From Bilabrum cf. latius (taxonomy: Eukaryota), in contig OZ237765.1 in assembly GCA_965178125.1 (NCBI GenBank), positions 62,001-126,000 on the forward strand: a DNA stretch of 64,000 bases, given 5' to 3'. Every line of letters begins with the position of its first letter. The first letter of the stretch is position 1. Of the stretch, positions 26,989 to 39,316 are shown piece after piece. The position numbers and the translations under genes are program-made. The notes under the pieces are model-generated. The model searched no databases. It was not told where the DNA came from and worked only from the letters and a program-made list of their open reading frames with translations.

Positions 26989-28949
26989 TTAGCCTTCAAA
27001 GTCGTTCCAATCATCGTCGTCATCCGGATTGTCCTGGCCGGAATGATCGTGGACTTGTCCTTCGTTCTCGAGCGGCGCCACTCGCAGCTCGCCCTTCCCC
27101 AAGTGGCCCTTCGAGGGAGACACGCCGGCTGAATGCCGGCCCGCAGGTGCCTTGCGGTGCGATGAGGGTGCTTCCAGCGCGGCAGGCACAGACAATGCTT
27201 CGTCCGCAGCCCCCCGGGACGATGCATCACCCCCGGACCCATCATGCGAAGAAGGCGATGCGAGCACAAAGCTGCCTACCTGCAGGAGCCCCCCAGCTCT
27301 TGCCTCCCCTCCCCCACCACCATCGCCACCCTCGTCCCCGCCCCTGTTCCCCGCTCCCGCCAGTGGGCCCCTTCCCAGTGCAGCCAGCTCCTCGTCGGTC
27401 AGGCCAGCTGCCAAGTCGCTTGCAATGCCGCCGTCTCCTGCCCCATCCTCGCCATCGCCCCCTGTCGCACCGCTGCTGCTACCGGCCTACCCCGACTCTC
27501 CAGCCCCCCTCCCCGCCCCTGCAGGCAGAGTCTCCAGCCCCCTGTGTCTCCGCACGAATGCCAAGTGCTCCTGCACCGCAGACCTCAGTTCCCCCGCAGG
27601 CGCCCTCTCTCTGAATCCTATGCCCACGTATGCATGCCCTCCGCCTGCGCTGCCCCCTCCCTCGCCTCCTTTCTTCTTGGTCTTCTTCTTCCGCTCCGCT
27701 CGGAGAACAAAGTACCGGCTCGAGTCCACGGCGGGCTCGAGCCAGAAAGACGGCTTGAGCGCGGCAAGTTCCGCTGGTCTAGGGCGCCGCGGGACCACGA
27801 TCGGGGCAGCAAGCAGCAGACCCCCTCCATCGCCACCCCCCTTTGCACTTGTGCGACTTGTCCCAGCCCCCGAGGAGGCGCGAACACCCGGTCCACCGGT
27901 GGATGCAGCAGCGGCGCCCCTGCCCCCAGGCACCAGCTCCCCGCGCGCCGATGCTATCGCCGCCCCAGACACACCCCCGCCCGCCCCACCGGTCCCCCCC
28001 TCACTACCCCCGCCCCCGCCACGCAGCAGTCGCACCACAGCCTGTTGCCCCTGCTGCCACAGCTCGAGTCTGGCCGTCGCCATGGGCTCCCCCAGCCCCC
28101 AGGTCTGGGCCACGGGACCGCGGCCGGAAGAGGCCGCGGTCCGGGGCAGCCGGTACACGAAGCACTCGTCACACCGCATGAGCAAGACGGGCGGGAGATC
28201 ATCGTCACTATCGGTCTCGCCCTCCTGGTCCTCCCCTCCGGTGTGTTCCCCGGCAGATAATGGGGCGCCAGATGGGGCGCCAGAGGCAGGGGCGCGGGGC
28301 CGTGCAGGTGTTAGGCCGGTCTCGGGCCGGCTGCCACTGGCACTGCCCTTCAGTGCCTTGGCCGCCATTTCCAGGGAGCGAAGGAGATCAGACCAAGCCC
28401 CATAACCGGAATCAGCGGTGGCTCCTGCCTCCCTAAGGCCTGGTGGAGGGCGTGCCAGGGCCGGATCGCCCGGTGGAGGCGGGACGGAGCCTGCGACCTG
28501 GCAGCCGATGGTGCGAGCTGCTCTCCAGCACCATGCTCGCCATGCGTTTGATACGGATTGAATGTCTTTGATATCCCCGGGATCTCGCATCACCGCCTCG
28601 ATGAGCGTGGGAATCTGCTCGTCCAATGCAATGGCGGATGCCTGCACTTTGCTACCGAAAGTGGAGCCAGGAACAAAGGCTGGGAGCCAGCTGGGCGGCG
28701 GATCCCGGTTATGGCTTGATAAGAACTCTTTCGGTTGTTTGGATAAACGCTGCAGGCTCGCCAAATGGTCTGTCTGCGACGATAAAGATCGCACCAAGTG
28801 CAACTGCGATTGGAATGACGGCCGCCCCATTCCCTCGATTCGAAGCGGGACGCGATACTCACCGATAGGAATACCCGAGAAGTGACTGCAGACCCAGGCT
28901 GGCTTTCGGATTGACCCATCGTTCGAAACTGGGTGCCGTTTGGCTACAT
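26989..28949 (-). CDS. NECAP: NECAP (adaptin ear-binding coat-associated protein); probable intron 28774-28862
   Basis: PHear domain ECFVYRLP...W...EPAVDSSRYFVLR...AYVGIGFRER. The C-terminal DDDWNDF (WxxF adaptor-binding) motif is reached only through TAG 27487. Stop TAA at 26989. A GTGAGT...TCGCAG phase-0 intron is likely; the start is 28949 or 28919. Confidence 0.8.
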
Positions 28950-29065
28950 GCAGCGACTACTTCCGGGCTGTCTGCCCCAAGAACCGCTGCCGCCCGTTGA
29001 ACACTACGATAGCACTCTTGAGTCGCCATCGAGGTGCTTGCATTCTTCATTGACTCTGTTTACGC

Positions 29066-30166
29066 ATGTCACGGTCCCCGTTACAGATGCTTTGGAGCTA
29101 TAGGCGCTTCTTTACGCTGTACCATGTAGGGCACTTGCTGTGCGTCCTTAGCTGGCTGCTGATTCGACGACAGTACCCCAGGGCATCGTTTAACAACCCC
29201 GCATCATTTGGAGCCGAGTATGGTCTCACGCGCGAGGTTGAAATTGGCGCCATGGCGGCCTTGGTGCTCGGCAGGTATTGGACGGTTTGCGGCACCCTGG
29301 ACGAGTGGCTGGATCACGCGTTTTTGTTCGGAGAAGTCGCAGCTGCGGTTCTGTGCTACATGGCAGATCCATGGATGCTCGCTCGCTACGCCGTGGTGGT
29401 GTTGCTCGTGTGGCTGCTGGCTCCGTACCCCGAAGCAGAGCTCACGTCCGACATCCGGCAGCTGAGCACGCACGAGCTCTGGGCGCGCGTGGCGTGGGAA
29501 ATGCCCGAGCTGCACCCGCGCAATATCGCAGGCCTGTAGGTTGATAGGCACAAGGAGTAGCAAGGGAACAAGTCCTCCTCCTCCTCCTCCTCTTCGTCCT
29601 CGCAAGGGGATGGAAGCGAGGCCGGGCCAACCAGCAACTCGGAGCCGCAAGGCCCCACCCTCCTCGGGGAACAAGCACAGGCCACCCTGGAGGCACTCAG
29701 GGAGAAATACGCGGCCAGTGGGGAGGCAGGGGCCTCCTGGCTGGTGATGGTCACAGCCAACGCGTGGAGCCGCCGCTCCCGTCAGCTCATGCATCCCATG
29801 GCCGAGGCCGCCGCGAGGCACGGAACAGAGTCCATGCGGTTCGCGGCAGTGGACGTGTCGAGCGCCCCGGAGCTGGCCCAGGCCCTGCAGATCGACACGA
29901 GTCCCACCAGCCCGCAGGTGCCCTCCTTTTTGCTCTTCGAGGGGGGCAGGGAGGAGGCGAGGCTCCCACGCAAGCCCAAGGAGGGCGCGCCTGCCAAGGC
30001 GGTGCAGATCGACGCGCGAGCGCTGGAGAGGGTCTTCGGTCTGGCGGAGAGGTCCATGGGCGGGATGGTGAGGGCGGGGGGAGGGGGTGGTGAGCAGGAG
30101 GAAGAAGAGGCCAAGTCGCTGGTGAGAGGGGCCAAGCGGGGCAGCAAGAAAAAGAAACAAGCGTGA
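29066..30166 (+). CDS. TMX2: Thioredoxin-related transmembrane protein 2-like
   Basis: TM region with LTREVEI, then a thioredoxin-like domain WLVMV...FAAVDV...IDTSPTSPQVPSFLLFEGGREEARLP and a C-terminal di-lysine KKKKQA. TAGs at 29537 and 29558 join the two halves. Stop TGA. Confidence 0.85.
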
Positions 30167-30276
30167 TTGGGAGACACACGCGCGTTGTCTTGATTGGATT
30201 CATTTGATTTGAAAGCATAGATGAATAGGACGTGCCTTGATACTACTATGGTACGTGGGTACCGTGCCACCGGGCC

Positions 30277-30557
30277 GCTGGGGCGTATAGAGCCATGGAG
30301 CCGTGCTCACTGCCACTGTACTGCTGGGGCGTATAGAGCCATGGAGCCGTGCTCACTGCCACTGTACTGCTGGGGCGTATAGAGCCATGGAGCCGTGCTC
30401 ACTGCCACTGTACTGCTGGGGCGTATAGAGCCATGGAGCCGTGCTCACTGCCACTGTACTGCTGGGGCGTATAGAGCCATGGAGCCGTGCTCACTGCCAC
30501 TGTACTGCTGGGGCGTATAGAGCCATGGAGCCGTGCTCACTGCCACTGTACTGCTGG
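30277..30557. repeat. Minisatellite: six identical 46-bp units plus a partial unit
   Basis: Unit GCTGGGGCGTATAGAGCCATGGAGCCGTGCTCACTGCCACTGTACT at 30277, 30323, 30369, 30415, 30461 and 30507, between two convergent gene ends. Confidence 0.95.
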
Positions 30558-30830
30558 TAGCACTGTATTGCTCTGATCCAGCTCACTGCACTGGCAGCAG
30601 CGCAGCTTCCTCCTCATCGGCATCGGAGTCCTTGGCCTTGAAGGCCTTCAGATAACCCTGCGAATGCGAGCCATTTTCTCCGTGACCAGACCCCGCCTCC
30701 CAGGGTGGTGGCTGCCCCTGCCGGCGCGAGCCTGCAGTGCCCTGCACCACTGGACCTGAAGCGCACGCATGGCGCCTTCTCCACGAGTAGCGAATCAAGC
30801 AGCCCACATCATGCAGCTGACCGAGCCGCT

Positions 30831-32549
30831 TCAATGCAATCGTGAGATGTGCCTCTTGAGATCGCCTGCCCGCCCGAAGCGCTTCCCACACACGCCACAC
30901 TCGTGCTTGAGCTCCCCAAAATGCACTGTGCACATGTGCGTCTTGAGATTGCCTGCATGCCCGAAGCGCTTCCCACACACGCTACACTCGTGCTTGCGCT
31001 CCCCGAGATGCACCGTCGTCATGTGCGTCTTGAGAATGCCTGCCCGCCCGAAACGCTTGCTGCAAACCATGCACTCGTGCTTGCGCTCCCCCAGATGCAC
31101 CGTCGTCATGTGCGTGTTGAGATGGCCTGCCCGACCAAAGCGCTTCCCACACACCATGCATTCGTGCTTGCGCTCCCCCAGATGCACAGTGCTCATGTGC
31201 TTCTTCAGATCACCTGCCCGCCCGAAGCGCTTTCCGCACACGCTGCATTCGTGATTGCGCTCCCCCAGATGCACCACAGTCATGTGCTTCTTGAGACTGC
31301 CTGCCTCCCCAAAGCGCTTCCCACACACGCTACACTCGTGATTGCGTTCCCCCAGATGCACCACAGTCATGTGCGTCTTGAGACTGCCTGCCTCCCCAAA
31401 GCGCTTCCCACACACGCTACACTCGTGCTTGCGCCCCCCCAGATGCACAGTGCTCATGTGCGTCTTGAGATTGCCTGCCCGCCCGAAGCGCTTCCCACAC
31501 ACGCTACACTCGTGCTTGCGCTCTCCAAAATGCGCCACAGTCATGTGATTCTTGAGATCGCCTGCCCGCCCGAAGCGCTTCCCACACACGCCACACTCGT
31601 GCTTGCGCCCCCCCAGATGCACAGTGCTCATGTGCGTCTTGAGATTGCCTGCCCGCCCGAAGCGCTTCCCACACACGCCACACTCGTGCTTGCGCTCCCC
31701 AAAATGCACTGTGCACATGTGCGTCTTGAGATTGCCTGCATGCCCGAAGCGCTTCCCACACACGCTACACTCGTGCTTGCGCTCCCCGAGATGCACCGTC
31801 GTCATGTGCGTGTTGAGATGGCCTGCCCGCCCGAAACGCTTGCTGCAAACCATGCACTCGTGCTTGCGCTCCCCCAGATGCACTGTGCACATGTGCGTGT
31901 TGAGATGGCCTGCCCGACCAAAGCGCTTCCCACACACGCTGCACTTGTGCTTGCGCTCCCCCAGATGCACCACTGACACGTGCTGCCTCAAGCTGTCCAT
32001 ACTGCTCAGCACCTTCCCGCACACCTCGCATCGATACCCCTCCTTCTCCTCGCCCCCATCCCGACCGGCTTCCCCCCGCCGCCTCTTCAACACCCCTCCA
32101 TCGCTGCTCACTGCTGAGCCATCCTCATCCTCATGGTTCCTGCTCCGCTTCTGACCGATGGACGCAGGTGCGCCATCAGTAGCACCAGCGCCTGCAGAGC
32201 TTGGCATGCTGACCATGCGCGCCATACGTGATGATGATGATGACACTGAGCTGCCACCCTATGATGGTGCAACGCCCACACCGCTGCTCAATGAAGCAGA
32301 CGCCTCCATGCCGGTTGGCTGCACCCCTGCTGCACTCGGCGCTACCCCCAGCTTCTTGACGCCTTGCGGGACGCCGCTGTGGCTGGTGCTAGCAATGCCA
32401 ATCGATGATGCCCATACACTGCCAAAGGGTCTTTCCTCATCGCTGTCACTGTCACTGTCACTGTCACTGCTGCTGGATTCGCTAACAAGATCCACATAGT
32501 CGGAATCGATGCTGCCAGGCTTCACGTCCATAGAGCCCGGATGATCCAT
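30831..32549 (-). CDS. C2H2 zinc-finger protein with 14 tandem fingers
   Basis: Fourteen C-x2-C-x12-H-x4-H units on a 29-aa/87-bp period (30834-32036). An acidic/Ser-rich N-terminus joins through TAG 32259. Basic NLS-like motifs. Stop TGA. Confidence 0.9.
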
Positions 32550-33666
32550 ATGCAGACTTCGCAGTATGCAGCTCGCCGGGTAAAGACGCGGGTACTGACT
32601 GGGATTGCGCGCTATCGCAAACAGATGCCAATCACGAGATCGTAGTCTACGCGGCTGATGAGAAGGTTACCAGCAGGTCACGACCTCCGGGCTACGCCCA
32701 ACGCTTCAATTGCAATAGATCGCGAATGCTCAGCTTGGAAAAGCAAATCGGCCACCCGAGCCAGAGTCTCAATCTGCGAGGAATCCGTTGAGAAAGACTT
32801 GCTATCTTCGTCTTCAAAATTGGGAATCAACGAACTCAATCAATCACAAGATCACACGCGCGCGTACCACGCCAGCGCCACAATCACCAACAATAGCAAT
32901 GCAACGTGCTGCACAAGCTCCCAGCCAGCCCCAGTCGCGTCGCACAGGGCCCCAATCCCGTCCGTCACCACCATCCTGCCGCCCCACACCACCGCCCTGA
33001 AGGCGCCAGCACCTGCCCGCCTCCCAGCACCCGCCCCCACCAAGCCATGCTGCCGGCCGAGCACCTGCTGCACAATACTGCCCAGCACCTCCCCTGCCAC
33101 TCCGCTCGACTCTACCCGTATCCCCCGCCAGTCTCCTCTGCACCTGCAGTGCGCAGCAGATCCAGAGGACCCTCTAGAGGGATGACTCGATTGGGAGAGC
33201 GGAAGGACCCGTTGCCCCGCAGCAGCTTATCCACCGGTGGTATCTGCGGCAGAGTCTGCGCTTTGCCGGTCTCGCCACGCCAGGGTCGCCAGCCACGCAG
33301 CTACTGGCAGCTCCACCACCGCGATTCTCCCTTCTGTCAGTATGCTTATATGGGCTTGCACCGAATATCCAATTGAAAAGTCGAACGGCGATGCGACGAG
33401 TAGTGGCCTAGCGACACGGACGAGAGCGAGCATCATCCAGATGATATGACTCGTTGCGGCCAATATGAATCAATAGCATAGTCTGGGTTTTTGATCCACC
33501 GCTCCGGATCATGGTGTCCCGGGGCTTCACGCGCACACTTCGTGTGAGTCTGGTGCGCTTGCTGTGCGGCAGCTAGAGGCAAGACTCCATCGGATTCTTT
33601 GGTGCTTACGAATTTTCTATCTTGCCAATTTTCCCACCCATTCGCCCCAGCTCCAACCGATGCGCG

Positions 33667-35970
33667 TCACCCCGGCCGCCCCCGCACCCAGTCCAGCGCC
33701 GCAAGCGCTGCGTTCCTGCCGGGCGCCCCCATGACACCCCCCCCCGGGTGGGACCCTGCCCCCCCCAGGAACAGCCCCGCCACCCCCGGCACGTGGTACT
33801 GCCCCAGCCCGGGGGCGGGTCGGTTGTGCAGGATCTGGTCCGTGCCCATGGCTGAGTGGAAGATGTTCCCCTGGGGCAAGCCGATGACCCGCTCCAGGTC
33901 CGGAGGGGCCAGCAGCTCGCCGCCCACGATCTCACCAGCGAACCCCGGGAGAACCTTATCTACCTGCTCCAGGCATCGCCCCACGAACCGCCCCCGGAAC
34001 CCCTCGTCCTCCCATGGGTTGCCCTCCCCCGCACTCGTCACGCCCTCGTCGTCCCACTCGGGGTGGTAGGGCGCGTACTGCGCGAACAGCAGCGCCACGT
34101 GGGGCTCCGGGTCCCCACTCGTCACACCTTTCGGCACGATGGTCCCGTCCAGCGTGGAGGGCAGGGTCAGCTCCAGCACGGGACACCCCGACACCTTGTT
34201 CCCCGAGGCCGCGTCTCCGTAGGCCCTCTCGATCTCCCCCACGGAGGTCTCGAAATGCGTTGTGCCCCGCAGCCAGGGGGGGCTCCTTCCGTCCCTGCAG
34301 GCCTCCTCCAGGGGGAGGGAGCCGTACCGTGACCCCGAAGGGGGGGCAACCAGGCCTGCACCCGGAATGCCCGCCCGACGAGCCGCCTGCTCTGCTGCCA
34401 TCCTGCCCAGCGGCGCGGGCGGCAGACTTCTCAGCGCAAGGTTGATCTTGGCGCTCGCCGGCGTGCTGTCGGAGGCTGTGGCAGCCTTGCGGACCCAGTC
34501 GGGGACTGCACCCGCATTGCTTCCACTGCCCCCGTTGTTCCCTGGACCACTTTGTCCATCCCCACCTAGCGCCCCCAGCGTGGTCTAAGGGGCCGCCGTG
34601 GACAGCACCAGCGGGGCCCTGAGTTCCCTCCCGCTCTGTAGCCTGACCCCCGCCACCCTCGACCCGCCTGCCGAGTCGCCGCTCTGGCCACCCCCTTGTC
34701 CCACCTGGTCAAACAGGAGAGACTCCACGCCCAGCCCAGCCCCCCCTGCCAGCACCGCCCCCCGCCTCCTCGCTGCACTCGCGAGGGCCGCAGACACCGC
34801 CCCCATCCCCCCCTCGGGCACGGTCCATGCGCCCTGCCGCCCCTCCCACTCTCCCATCACGTGGTGCAGGAGCACGTACGCGGACCCGGGCACGGAGGGG
34901 GCCGTCATGGCTCCGATCACCGCGTCGGTGGCCAAAGTGGCCTTGAGGGCATCGCTCTCGAACCACCGGTCCAGCATGCGACCCGCCGGCATGGTGAGGA
35001 AGTCGTACAGCAGAGGTGCCTCCGGGCCCAGCCGAGCCAGGCACCTCGCCAGTGGGCTCACGCTCTTGGCCGCCTCTACCCACTCCGAGTAGCTCGTGCC
35101 CCTGCCACTACCACCACCACTACCGTGCAGTGCACCCTCCTCCTGCGCCTGGCCCAGTGACCCCGACCCACTGGGGGCGGGCCCCAGCCCCAGGACGCTC
35201 CTCCAAGCGGGGGGCAGTGCAGCCAGCTCCCTCAGCATGGGCGGGGGGCTGTCAAGCAGAGGTCCCACCGCAGCCGCCACCCTGTCCAGCATGGATTCGT
35301 ACTCCTCGAAGCGGGAGGCATCGCTGGGGGACAGGCCCTCGAGGGATGCGCGGTCCAGACGGGCGTCTCCCGAGCCGAGGATGAGCCCGGCCGGCCCCGA
35401 TCCAGAGCCACCAGCAGCAGCAGCACCACCGCCCTCTACCCCCACCATGGGGGTGAAGGAGGAGGGGGCCCGCAGGTGTGCTCTGAGCCCCTCCCTCTCC
35501 ACGAGCCCCAGCTCCTGCACCACAGCGGGCCGCAGCAGGGACAGCACGTACGAGGCCCGGCTGAAGAGGTACCCCTCCACGATCTCCTCCGTCAGGGCCG
35601 CGCCACCGAGCACGCTGCGGCGCTCCACGAGAGCAACTCGGGGCCGGGAGCGGCCGCCTGAGGGTTGCAGTCGCTCTGCCAGATAGGCGGCAGCCGTCAG
35701 GCCGTTGTGTCCCCCGCCGATCACGATCGCGTCCCAGTCCCCTTCCGGGCTGGCGTCCGCGAGTGCAGATTCGTCGCTGGCTCGGAGGTTCCACAACACA
35801 TCTCCCATTTTGGCTGGTGGTAGCTTAACAACATCAGCCTATGGTGGCGAAAGGTCGATTCTATTGAGCGCTGACGCGATGCTGCTGCTCAATCGAGCCG
35901 TACACGGTGCAGTCGACCCATTCCTACGGATAGCCCGAATGCGCCGAGCAAGAGATAGACAGCGCCTCAT
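33667..35970 (-). CDS. PYROXD2: Pyridine nucleotide-disulfide oxidoreductase domain 2 / phytoene dehydrogenase-like, with mitochondrial-type presequence
   Basis: DAIVIGGGHNGLTAAAYLA, FSRASYVLSLLRP, AYVLLHHVMGE, PEGGMGAVS, KINLAL, PPDLERVIGLPQGNIFH and GAGSHPGGGVMGAPGRNAA. Arg-rich N-terminus MRRCLSLARRIR. TAGs at 35839 and 34585; stop TGA. Confidence 0.9.
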
Positions 35971-36216
35971 TACAGCGACCACCGGAACCGATCTTAGTGG
36001 AGCACACAATTCTAGGAAAAATCGACAATTTAGTACAGAATTTCGCCAGTGGGCCGGTGTTGCAGTTCGACCTGTTCCGACGACGGGTAACGAGCAGTTA
36101 TGAAGGAAAAACCGAACAACTCCAGAAGGGCAACAGCACCCCTTCACACTCGATTCTGACGTGATCAGCAATGATTCGAGCGGACAAATTGTAGCAACTA
36201 CTTGCTGGCTACCGAG

Positions 36217-38289
36217 ATGGAGGAATCAATTGCATCATGTGAGAAGATGAAGTCAAACCCCGATACTCGTTCGGATCAGCGCAAATCGAGAACTATGCAG
36301 GACTATATCGATCATCGGTCCGCCGCGTGTTCCTCCCTCGTCCATTTATCTTGCAGAGTGGCAACGCAGCAGGGCTCCCTGCTAGGCTTTTCGTCGGATC
36401 CTGCTGGCCCTGCCTCCGAATCGGTGTCTGCAACCAGGCACTTGAACGCAGTCGACAGCGCCGCGAATGGGTATCTTGGCGGCATGCAGCAGCACGCCAT
36501 TGCATAGACACCAGCAGACACAGCGAAAAGCGCGCAGCGAATCGCCGCCATCTCGTGCGGCGTCTGGGACGAGTTTGCATCGACTGCCGCCAGCGAGATG
36601 CACTCGTCCAGCGGCGGCCTGCGCATGGTGCTAGTCGCTGGTCGGAGGGGGTACCTATGCGTGGCAGGACTGGGCTCCACTGCAGGCATCGGGGAGGCGG
36701 GTGGCCTCGCTGTTGGCGTGGGCAGGGGGGGGGCCGAGGGTGAGGGCCTGGTTGGCTCGCTGGTGGTCTCGGCTCTCACCGTGTCTTCCTCCTCGTCTCC
36801 CTCCAGAGCCATGCCCCCGGGTCTGCTGCGAAAACGGATGCAGGGGCTCGCAAAGAGGCTGTCTTCAGCTCTGAGGGGCATCAGCAGCCCCACCAAGCCG
36901 GTGTCCAGCTCGGGTGCAGCGCACGATAGCGATGGCGCCACTTCCGGACAGGCCTCGTCAGGGGTGGGTGCACCGCACGGTGGTACAGCACAGGGTGTGC
37001 CCGTGCCAGGCCGAGCAGGAGGTGCTGCAGGAGCAAGAGCAGGAGCAGGTGCGGAGGAGCCTGGCGCCGGCGGCAGTGGCAGTGGCGCCGGTACTAGTGC
37101 CAGTGGTACTAGTACTAGTGCTGGGGTCGAGGTGGAGCTGTCTCCCTCTCCTGTCTCCAGGGACTTGGCAATGCAGCGGACCAGGGAACAAGAGGATAGA
37201 TAGAGAGAACAGTAGCGAAAGGAGGAGGAGGAGGAGGCAGCACGCAAGCAGGCCGAGGAGGAGGAGGCAGCACGCAAGCAGGCCGAGGAGGAGGAGGCAG
37301 CACGCAAGCAGGCCGAGGAGGAGGAGGCAGCACGCAAGCAGGCCGAGGAGGAGGAGGAGGCAGCACGCAAGCAGGCCGAGGAGGAGGAGGCAGCACGCAA
37401 GCAGGCCGAGGAGGAGGAGGCAGCACGCAAGCAGGCCGAGGAGGAGGAGGCAGCACGCAAGCAGGCCGAGGAGGAGGAGGCAGCACGCAAGCAGGCCGAG
37501 GAGGAGGAGGAGGCAGCACGCAAGCAGGCCGAGGAGGAGGAGGCAGCACGCAAGCAGGCTGAGGAGGAGGAGGCAGCACGCAAGCAGGCCGAGGAGGAGG
37601 AGGCAGCACGCAAGCAGGCCGAGGAGGAGGAGGCAGCACGCAAGCAGGCCGAGGAGGAGGAGGAGGCAGCACGCAAGCAGGCCGAGGAGGAGGAGGCAGC
37701 ACGCAAGCAGGCCGAGGAGGAGGAGGCAGCACGCAAGCAGGCCGAGGAGGAGGAGGCAGCACGCAAGCAGGCCGAGGAGGAGGAGGCAGCACGCAAGCAG
37801 GCCGAGGAGGAGGAGGAGGCAGCACGCAAGCAGGCCGAGGAGGAGGAGGCAGCACGCAAGCAGGCCGAGGAGGAGGAGGAGGCAGCACGCAAGCAGGCCG
37901 AGGAGGAGGAGGAGGCAGCACGCAAGCAGGCCGAGGAGGAGGAGGCAGCACGCAAGCAGGCCGAGGAGGAGGAGGAGGCAGCGCGCAAGCAGGCCGAGGA
38001 GGAGGAGGAGGCAGCGCGCAAGCAGGCCGAGGAGGAGAAGGCAGCACGCAAGCAGGCCGAGGAGGAGGAGGAGGCATCGGGAGAATATGGGCGCACGGAT
38101 GGCGCAGATGATGATGTCGAAGATGGGGCAGCAGTCGCAGCTGGGGAAACAGCCACTAAAGATACTGAAGAAGACGGGGAAGGTGGCAGCTCGGGCACTC
38201 GTGCTGGGGCTGCCAGTGGGGCCGGAGCTGGTGGGGGCAAGAAGCGTGGGAAACGAAGTCGTCGTAGGAACCGCAAGAAGTCTCGATGA
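36217..38289 (+). CDS. Protein with a long charged single-alpha-helix/coiled-coil repeat (EEEE(E)AARKQA)n
   Basis: The frame of ORFs 36202-36507 and 36598-37203 continues through TAGs at 36505, 37201 and 37213 into the E/K/R repeat and ends KRSRRRNRKKSR-TGA (38287-38289). The start is uncertain. Confidence 0.65.
37222..38075 (+). repeat. Coding tandem repeat of 30/33-bp units, about 27 copies
   Basis: (GAG)4-5 GCAGCACGCAAGCAGGCC repeated almost perfectly. Confidence 0.95.
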
Positions 38290-39316
38290 TGATCGGTACG
38301 ATAATAAGATGTAATTTTCCGCTTATACATATACCAAAGCTACGTGGTCCATCCCGGCAAATTGATCATGACGATCCGTGTGGTCATCGTCATCCAGGTC
38401 AACTACTGTTTCGGCACTTCTTGTAACGCATTCGCAGCAAGTGCTACTTTGTTTACGAAGTATTGTATCCGTTGTTAGGCAACATAGGTGGAGATTCGAG
38501 GCACGATTGAGAGTGCCGTCAGGTGTCATACCATGCCAGAAAAAGTCTGTATTTATATCATCTTTGCTCGAACAAAAGCCAGACCAAACACATGGCAGTG
38601 ATAAACCTGCATTTTATGATGCAGACGAGCTAGTGAGCCCTACCAGACTAACCAAGATTCAACTGTTGCGTAAAAAGGGTCAGCACAACATGAATATGAG
38701 ACATAAATGAGACGATTGCTTGCCAACATCTCAATATTGTCCGTATAATTCTAGATTCGTGGACGAAATGCAGAGTTATCGCAATCTGTATGCCGAGAAT
38801 GGCTCCAGAAGAAGCGTCAAGCGATGAAATCACTCCGGATCTGCCGAACAAGCCGAGAACCGGAACGGGTTCTGTCATGACTCATGATGCAACGATGCTT
38901 ACTCGACACACTTCGTCTCCAGTTCAATCAAGACATGGGCAAAGCATGGCCAATCTGAGCAGACCGCGCGCCGACGTCGGTTGGAAAGCACCAGAACCGT
39001 CGGTTGCGCGTCCGCTCCACTATCAGCCAAACCAGGGAGAGGAGGGTGGGACAAAACAACGGCATGAGCCGGAACGGCCACTGCCGCGCTGCCCCGCCCC
39101 CTTCCCTAAGGAAGGAGACGAGGGAATGCCTCGCAAGCTGCTGGTCGCACTGGCGGTTGCAACCTCGCGTTGGTAGACCGGAGCCTGTGTTCGAGTCTCG
39201 AACGCATCGCCACATCAACCCCGAACCCCATTCGGCGTTAGCATTATGATGCCGGGTTGGCATCTTGGGAATCGCACCCCACCTGTGCTTTCAAGACCAC
39301 CGAACAGAGTCCCCCC

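Noticed and set aside
30277-30557. CRISPR array
   Set aside because: The units are contiguous and identical with no unique spacers, the context is eukaryotic, and there are no cas genes.
30834-32036. The zinc-finger array binds the dispersed 12-mer
   Set aside because: A rough application of the C2H2 recognition code gave NAG/NCG/NGG-type triplets that I could not match convincingly to the motif.
32852-33463. Possible internal TAA at 33227 joining two same-frame minus-strand ORFs
   Set aside because: I recognise no homology, so I cannot show this is one gene. It is a single ambiguous case against about 60 TAGs, and is worth rechecking with RNA-seq.
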